DNA from: Candidatus Poribacteria bacterium
Lineage (GTDB): Bacteria; Poribacteria; WGA-4E; PCPOR2b
Assembly: GCA_965116925.1 (NCBI GenBank)
Contig: OZ220744.1
Coordinates: 576,001 to 640,000 of the forward strand
DNA: 64,000 bases
Direction: 5' to 3'
The notes beneath the pieces were generated by a model. The model searched no databases, was not told where the DNA came from, and saw nothing but the letters and a program-made list of their open reading frames with translations. Below, piece after piece: positions 58,568 to 64,000 of the stretch. Made by a program: the position numbers and the translations under genes. Every line of letters starts with the position of its first letter. Within the stretch, counting starts at the first letter, position 1.

Positions 58568-61500
58568 ATGACACCCCTTAATCTCAAACCAACCCATAAA
58601 CCTGTCAAAGCCTACTACGAATCCCTTGAACGTTTCGAGTCAATCGGTGTTTCCCACGAAACCGCCGTCCGCTCGGCGTTCCAAACCCTACTCGAATACT
58701 GTGGACGACAATTTGACTGGATCCTCGTACCTGAGCACCCAATGACTCCTCTGATAAGAGGGGCTAGGGGGGTTAAAAACAGGCGGATTGTCGTTGATGG
58801 TGCATTAATTGACACTTTCCAACTCCTCCACGGTTATTGGGAGGCGAAGGACATCCACGACGACCTACCGACCGAAGTGCTCCGCAAGTTTGAAACAGGC
58901 TACCCCCGCGACAACATCCTCTTCCAAACCCCACACCGCGCCATCCTCTGGCAGAACAATCAGCGGACACTTGATGCGGACCTGACCGACCCGACGCAAC
59001 TGATACATACCCTTGAAACTTTCTTCTCCCACCGTCCGCAAGAATACACCGAATGGGAGGAGGCGGTTGTACAGTTCAAAGACAGAGTGCCCGCGCTTGG
59101 GAACGGCTTGGCAGAACTAATCGAAAAGGAACGGGGAGCGAATCGGGAGTTTACCGCCGCCTTTGCCGCCTTCCATGAGAAATGTCGTCAATCGATCAAC
59201 CCCAACCTCTCCGAAGCCGCTGTCGAGGAGATGCTGATTCAGCACCTGTTGACCGAGCGAATCTTCCGAACCGTCTTTAGCAACTCCGAATTCACCCGCC
59301 GCAATGTTATCGCCCGCGAAATCGAAACCGTTATCACCGCGCTGATGTCTCACGCTTTCAGCCGCGAAGATTTTCTGCGTAGCCTTGATCCCTTTTACGT
59401 CGCAATCGAGCGCACCGCTGCGACCATCGACGACTTCTCCCAAAAACAGGGGTTTCTCAACACGGTCTATGAGCAGTTTTTTCAAGGCTTTTCGGTGGAG
59501 GTCGCCGATACGCACGGAGTGGTCTACACACCGCAACCGATTGTTGATTTCATGGTGCGAAGCGTTGAGGAGATTCTAGGGTTTGAATTCAATCGATCCC
59601 TCTCCGATTCCGGTGTTCACATCATTGACCCATTTGTGGGGACCGGCAATTTCATTGTGCGGACAATGCGCGAGATTCGCCCAATCGCACTTGAGGACAA
59701 GTATCAGTCCGAACTCCACTGCAATGAGGTGATGCTGCTGCCGTATTACATCGCGTCGATGAACATCGAGCATGAGTTTTACGAAGCGACAGGGGACTAT
59801 CGACCCTTTGACGGTATCTGCCTCGTTGATACGTTTGATCTGGCAGAAGACCGACAGTTGCCGCTGTTCGCCCCTGACAATACCCGCCGCGTTGAATCAC
59901 AGAAGGAAACCCCGATGTTTGTGGTCATCGGCAATCCACCGTATAACGTCGGTCAGGTCAACGAGAATGACAATAACAAGAATCGAGAATACCCAACGAT
60001 GGCTGCGCGGGTTGCGGATGCCTATGCGAAAGACTCGAAAGCGACACTCAAAAACGCCCTAGCGGACCCGTATGTGAAGGCGATTCGATGGGCATCAGAC
60101 CGGATTGGTGAGGAGGGCGTTGTTGCATTTGTGACGAATAACAGTTTTATCGACAGCGTGGCGTTTGATGGAATGCGGAAACATCTTGCGGACGATTTTG
60201 ATGTGATTTACATTCTGGACTTAGGTGGGAATGCACGGAAGGGATTGAAGGTCTCAGATGCCAATGTGTTCGGGATACGGGTTGGTGTGAGCATTAACCT
60301 ATTGGTGAAGACCGGACGGGCGATAAATCGCCCTACTACAAACGATGACAACTCTGTCCCTACCTGTATCTTTTACTATCGCACCAACAATCTATGGAAC
60401 AAAAAACAGAAGTTTGATTTTCTGAATGAACGTGGACATATCAGTAATATAGACTGGCAGCCCATTCGACCTGATGCACGCGACACATGGCTGACAGAAG
60501 GACTCCACGCCGAATTTGAAGACTTTATCCCAATGGGAACCAAGGAAGCTAAGGCGGTGAAGAATGAGGTAGTGGATGTGATTTTTAAGATTTATAGCCG
60601 CGGTATCGTAACCTCCCGCGATGCGTGGGCGTACAACTTCAACCGAAACACTCTCACTGAAAATATGAGTGGGATGATTAACGCCTACAATGAGCAGGTA
60701 TTCAAGTGGGAACATCGGGAGGATAGGGATGCAAACGTTGATGATTTTGTGGTTTATGATGACGGGCAAATCAGTTGGAGTCGTGACTTAAAATTAGACT
60801 TGAGACGAGGCAGAATCGCCGAATACACTGAAGGCAAGATGAGAAATTCGCTTTATCGTCCCTTCACAAAATCTAACCTGTTCCTTGATCGACTTATGAA
60901 CGAGGAAGTTTACGTTTTCCCATCTATCTTTCCTACTCCTGAGACAGAGGCGGAAAATCGGATGATTTGTGTCAGTGGGCGAGGACACGAGATTTTCAGA
61001 TGTCAGATTGCCAATCAAATCACCGATCTAAAATTTTCAAATTCGTCAAATGGTGGGACCCAATGCTTTCCCTTCTACACTTATGACGAAGACGGTACAA
61101 ACCGCCGGGAGAACATCACCGATTGGGCGTTGGCACGATTCCGGGCACATTACCGAGACGAGGCAATCACCAAGTGGGACATCTTCCATCACGTTTACGC
61201 GCTTCTGCACCATCCCATTTATCGGGAGCGGTATCAGGCAAATCTCAAGCGGGACCTGCCACGCCTGCTGTATACGTCCGATTTTTGGGCATTTGCCAAA
61301 GCGGGGCAACGGTTGGGAGAAATCCACATCGGCTATGAGGAAGTGGAGGAATATCCGCTACATTTCATCGAAAACCGTGAAGTGCCAATTGATTGGCGTG
61401 TGGAGAAGATGAAGCTATCCAAAGACAAAACGCAGCTGATATACAACGATTTCCTGACACTGGCGGGGATACCCGCAAAGGCGTTTGACTACCGGCTTGG

Positions 61501-61696
61501 GAATCGATCTGCATTGGAATGGGTGATCGACCAGTATCGCGTCAAGATAGACAAACGCAGCGGCATAGTCAACGACCCGAACCGAGCGGACGACCCGCGG
61601 TACATCGTCAAACTCATCGGGCAGGTGATTGCAGTCAGTTTGGAGACGGTTGAGATTGTAAAGAACTTACCGGAATTGGGGCTATCTTCTCATTAA
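58568..61696 (+). CDS. Single-chain restriction-modification enzyme (nuclease + N6-adenine MTase + Type ISP-like specificity domain)
   Basis: DG..GYWEAK, YTP, DPFVGTG, GNPPY, LYRPF, RSALEWVIDQY. Confidence 0.88.
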   Translation: MTPLNLKPTHKPVKAYYESLERFESIGVSHETAVRSAFQTLLEYCGRQFDWILVPEHPMTPLIRGARGVKNRRIVVDGALIDTFQLLHGYWEAKDIHDDLPTEVLRKFETGYPRDNILFQTPHRAILWQNNQRTLDADLTDPTQLIHTLETFFSHRPQEYTEWEEAVVQFKDRVPALGNGLAELIEKERGANREFTAAFAAFHEKCRQSINPNLSEAAVEEMLIQHLLTERIFRTVFSNSEFTRRNVIAREIETVITALMSHAFSREDFLRSLDPFYVAIERTAATIDDFSQKQGFLNTVYEQFFQGFSVEVADTHGVVYTPQPIVDFMVRSVEEILGFEFNRSLSDSGVHIIDPFVGTGNFIVRTMREIRPIALEDKYQSELHCNEVMLLPYYIASMNIEHEFYEATGDYRPFDGICLVDTFDLAEDRQLPLFAPDNTRRVESQKETPMFVVIGNPPYNVGQVNENDNNKNREYPTMAARVADAYAKDSKATLKNALADPYVKAIRWASDRIGEEGVVAFVTNNSFIDSVAFDGMRKHLADDFDVIYILDLGGNARKGLKVSDANVFGIRVGVSINLLVKTGRAINRPTTNDDNSVPTCIFYYRTNNLWNKKQKFDFLNERGHISNIDWQPIRPDARDTWLTEGLHAEFEDFIPMGTKEAKAVKNEVVDVIFKIYSRGIVTSRDAWAYNFNRNTLTENMSGMINAYNEQVFKWEHREDRDANVDDFVVYDDGQISWSRDLKLDLRRGRIAEYTEGKMRNSLYRPFTKSNLFLDRLMNEEVYVFPSIFPTPETEAENRMICVSGRGHEIFRCQIANQITDLKFSNSSNGGTQCFPFYTYDEDGTNRRENITDWALARFRAHYRDEAITKWDIFHHVYALLHHPIYRERYQANLKRDLPRLLYTSDFWAFAKAGQRLGEIHIGYEEVEEYPLHFIENREVPIDWRVEKMKLSKDKTQLIYNDFLTLAGIPAKAFDYRLGNRSALEWVIDQYRVKIDKRSGIVNDPNRADDPRYIVKLIGQVIAVSLETVEIVKNLPELGLSSH

Positions 61697-61854
61697 ACAC
61701 AGTGTATAGGGGAAACGTCTCAAATTAAATGAGGGGTGCTCATAATCATTGTCTGAATCACGGATTCAACAGATTACTCAGAAAACACGGATTACCAAAA
61801 AGCCGAGAGATCCAATATCTATAGAATGACCGTTTCCTACCCGCCAGTCGATAG

Positions 61855-61950
61855 GAGAGACATTGCACTCCTCTGGAGCGCGCCCATTGCACAGCCAAAC
61901 TGCTATAGACATTGCGCTCCTCTGGAGCGAGAACACCTATTGAACCGATG
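61855..61950. repeat. TAGACATTGCGCTCC.CTGGAGCG hairpin doublet
   Basis: Reverse-complement homolog of about 10413-10510; further copy at 62890-62968. Confidence 0.75.
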
Positions 61951-61967
61951 CGTGACACATTAATTGA

Positions 61968-62086
61968 TTAATACTCAGTCATATAAGTTTTGCATATCAA
62001 CAAGGGGGTCGGGTGACCCGACCCCTACGAAGTATTATGAGTCTCAATCCATATAGACAATCATAATTTGCCTGACAGTGTATTAA
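61968..62086. mobile_element. MITE family G (61972-62082) with TTAA flanks
   Basis: Near-identical to 49026-49135. Confidence 0.85.
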
Positions 62087-62161
62087 GTTCTGTTGGGATT
62101 TGAAAGCCCGTAGGTTGAATTGAACGGTTAAACGTCAATCCCTATCAAGTACAAAGGAGTC

Positions 62162-62791
62162 TTTTGTACCACGATCTGTTAGATTGTGATCCCTGTTCGC
62201 AAACTATAGTGGACATTAGAATTAATGAGACACTCCAAATCGGCGCAGTTGAAAACAGCGCCTACCAAATATGGAGAGCGAAGGTGTTCATTTATTTTTT
62301 GAATTCACTATAAATGAGGTTTCAGAAAATAATTCGGTAATTCTATATTTTTCCCAGGACCGGTAGGTGCGGTTTTCAACCCCACCGGGCATCGTTCGGA
62401 AATTACCGAATTTAGGACTTACGCACTTCAGTAGGGAACGCAGATCTGCGTTCCCTACGAATCTCTTATGGAATCTCTGTTGTAGTTGCCCGATTCATCG
62501 GGCGTTGGGACGGGTGTGCAGGGGCGATAAATCGCCGAACTACAAAACGTTGACCATTCAACTGCGTAACTCCTACGAATTAATAAATTATAGTAGATTT
62601 TAGAATTAATGGGACACTCCAAATCGGCGCAGTTGGAAACAGCGCCTACCAAACATGGGGGGTGGAAGTGTTTATTTATTTTTTGAATTCACTATAATCT
62701 TCATACAGTTTGCGCCACATTTGTCAGATTACCCAATGATTATAGCATTTGTCAAATCAGCACCCTCAAAATGTCAACACGCCCTAGATAC
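62162..62791. mobile_element. Multi-family nest: K > [A 62207-62310; D 62314-62704 > (E 62413-62575, A 62591-62694)]
   Basis: TIRs, TA and CGAATT duplications; uninterrupted K at 42863 and D at 9314. Confidence 0.8.
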
Positions 62792-63078
62792 CTATCTCGA
62801 CAGTCGTATGTATTCCGCCCCAGTGGGGCGGTATGTCTAACCTAAGTTGTTAGTTGATAAACCAAACGTCAGCAACCGATGAAAGATGCTATACACATTG
62901 CGCTCCACTGGAGCGCGAGGGTTGGATATATCGCTATTCTATAGACATATCGCTCCACTGGAGCGAAAGACAAAGGACTTATCAGCTGGGTGGGGAGCCC
63001 CCGTCCCTACAATGAAACCTATGGACTTTCAACGACTAGCTATTTGCGTTAAAGTAGCGTGAGGTATAAACAAGGACG

Positions 63079-64000
63079 ATGAGATGTAAAGCACGAACCC
63101 CTTTTATTTTTCGATGTCTCAGGAACGCCGTTGAGGACAGTCCATACTGCCTAGAACATCAGAACTATCCACCGCGCGGTTGGCGATATGGCTTATTGAC
63201 GGCTTCGAGGGTTGCAACCGGGATTGCTGGAGCTGCGGTTGCGGTCATCGGCTTCGCCTGCCTGAGAAACTGCCCGAACAAAGATTTGAAGGATAGCGAA
63301 GGGCAGCTGAACGGGGTGCCGCCATTTGATTACGCTGTGTTGTGTCTGGCGATTTACGAGGCGAAGGAAACACTTTACCTCTCCACAGAAACGGGTAGAT
63401 CCACGATCTTTATGACGCCAGCGGGGAGTAATGATGTCTATTTTTCCCGAATAACAGAGCCACCCGACTGGATGCAGCTCTCCGCCCCTTCGCGTCGGAG
63501 TCAACTCCCGGACGGGCTAAAGGACGCAAGGTTTGAAGATGCAAACACAGGCTTTCGTGCCATGTTATACCAGTCAAAAAACACGGAGGAAATTGTTGTC
63601 GTTTATCGGGGTGTCAGGAGAACCAATATCCTCCAAGATAGCCAGACTTGCCTTTCTCAAGGGTTAGGGTTTGGCGCAGCGATATATCAACAGGCTATCC
63701 AACTTGGCAAAGCGGTGGTGGAAGCGTATGGGGATAAAGTGTTCTTCACAGGTCATTCCATGGGCGGCGGTCTGGCAGCTGCCGCGAGTCTCGTAGCGAA
63801 CCGGCCGGCGATAACTTTCAACAGCGCAGGCGTCCATCCCGCTACCCTTGAGGGATTTGGCTTAGACGACGCAACCATTGACGAAAAACTAAAATCTATT
63901 GTGAACTATTATGTGCCGGGCGAATGGCTATCCACCCTGCAAGCTCCCTGCTTTGTCAAGAGTGCCGCCGGTATACATATCCCACTGCCAGATGTCGGGG
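63079..64000 (+). CDS. Lipase class 3/phospholipase A1-like protein with N-terminal CCCH motif and TM helix (3' end beyond window)
   Basis: Hand translation: MRCKART..RC..YCLEH, TM, GFRAMLY, VVYRG, TGHSMGGGLA (63751), TFNSAG; absent from the ORF track. Confidence 0.8.
   Translation, partial: MRCKARTPFIFRCLRNAVEDSPYCLEHQNYPPRGWRYGLLTASRVATGIAGAAVAVIGFACLRNCPNKDLKDSEGQLNGVPPFDYAVLCLAIYEAKETLYLSTETGRSTIFMTPAGSNDVYFSRITEPPDWMQLSAPSRRSQLPDGLKDARFEDANTGFRAMLYQSKNTEEIVVVYRGVRRTNILQDSQTCLSQGLGFGAAIYQQAIQLGKAVVEAYGDKVFFTGHSMGGGLAAAASLVANRPAITFNSAGVHPATLEGFGLDDATIDEKLKSIVNYYVPGEWLSTLQAPCFVKSAAGIHIPLPDVG

Noticed and set aside
62367..62840. Short ORFs in the repeat nest (also 9482-9812, 27119-27319, 28774-28968, 56132-56693)
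   Set aside because: Composed of MITE/REP sequence

Overview
This is a bacterial chromosomal segment. The gene content suggests Candidatus Poribacteria (inference, from a cytochrome-c/LRR protein, a C-terminal 'KLAxTWGxxK' motif, and PhyH, sulfatase and sugar-isomerase paralogs). It carries housekeeping genes (aroC, rluD, lpdA, ctpA, lpxB, lpxK, pepF, pcm), a sugar/sugar-acid catabolic cluster, a decayed islet (toxin-antitoxin modules, HNH-Sel1 fusion, integrase remnant), eukaryote-like repeat proteins and a single-chain restriction-modification enzyme. Three things stand out. (1) An unannotated UGA-readthrough candidate selenoprotein at 52661..53770 (-) combines a signal peptide, a SnoaL/ester-cyclase domain and a U-P-K-C thioredoxin-like domain with a SECIS-like hairpin; a second, weaker Sec candidate lies in an FmdB tail. 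(2) Most larger intergenic spaces hold GTAG-type REP hairpins, often inside several distinct MITE 'shells' with their own TIRs/TSDs that carry interchangeable REP cargo and nest inside one another, with empty-site controls visible in the window. (3) Copies of these palindromes sit in frame inside protein genes. Two genes that run off the window edges are missing from the ORF track. I recognised no tRNA, rRNA, CRISPR array or transposase.
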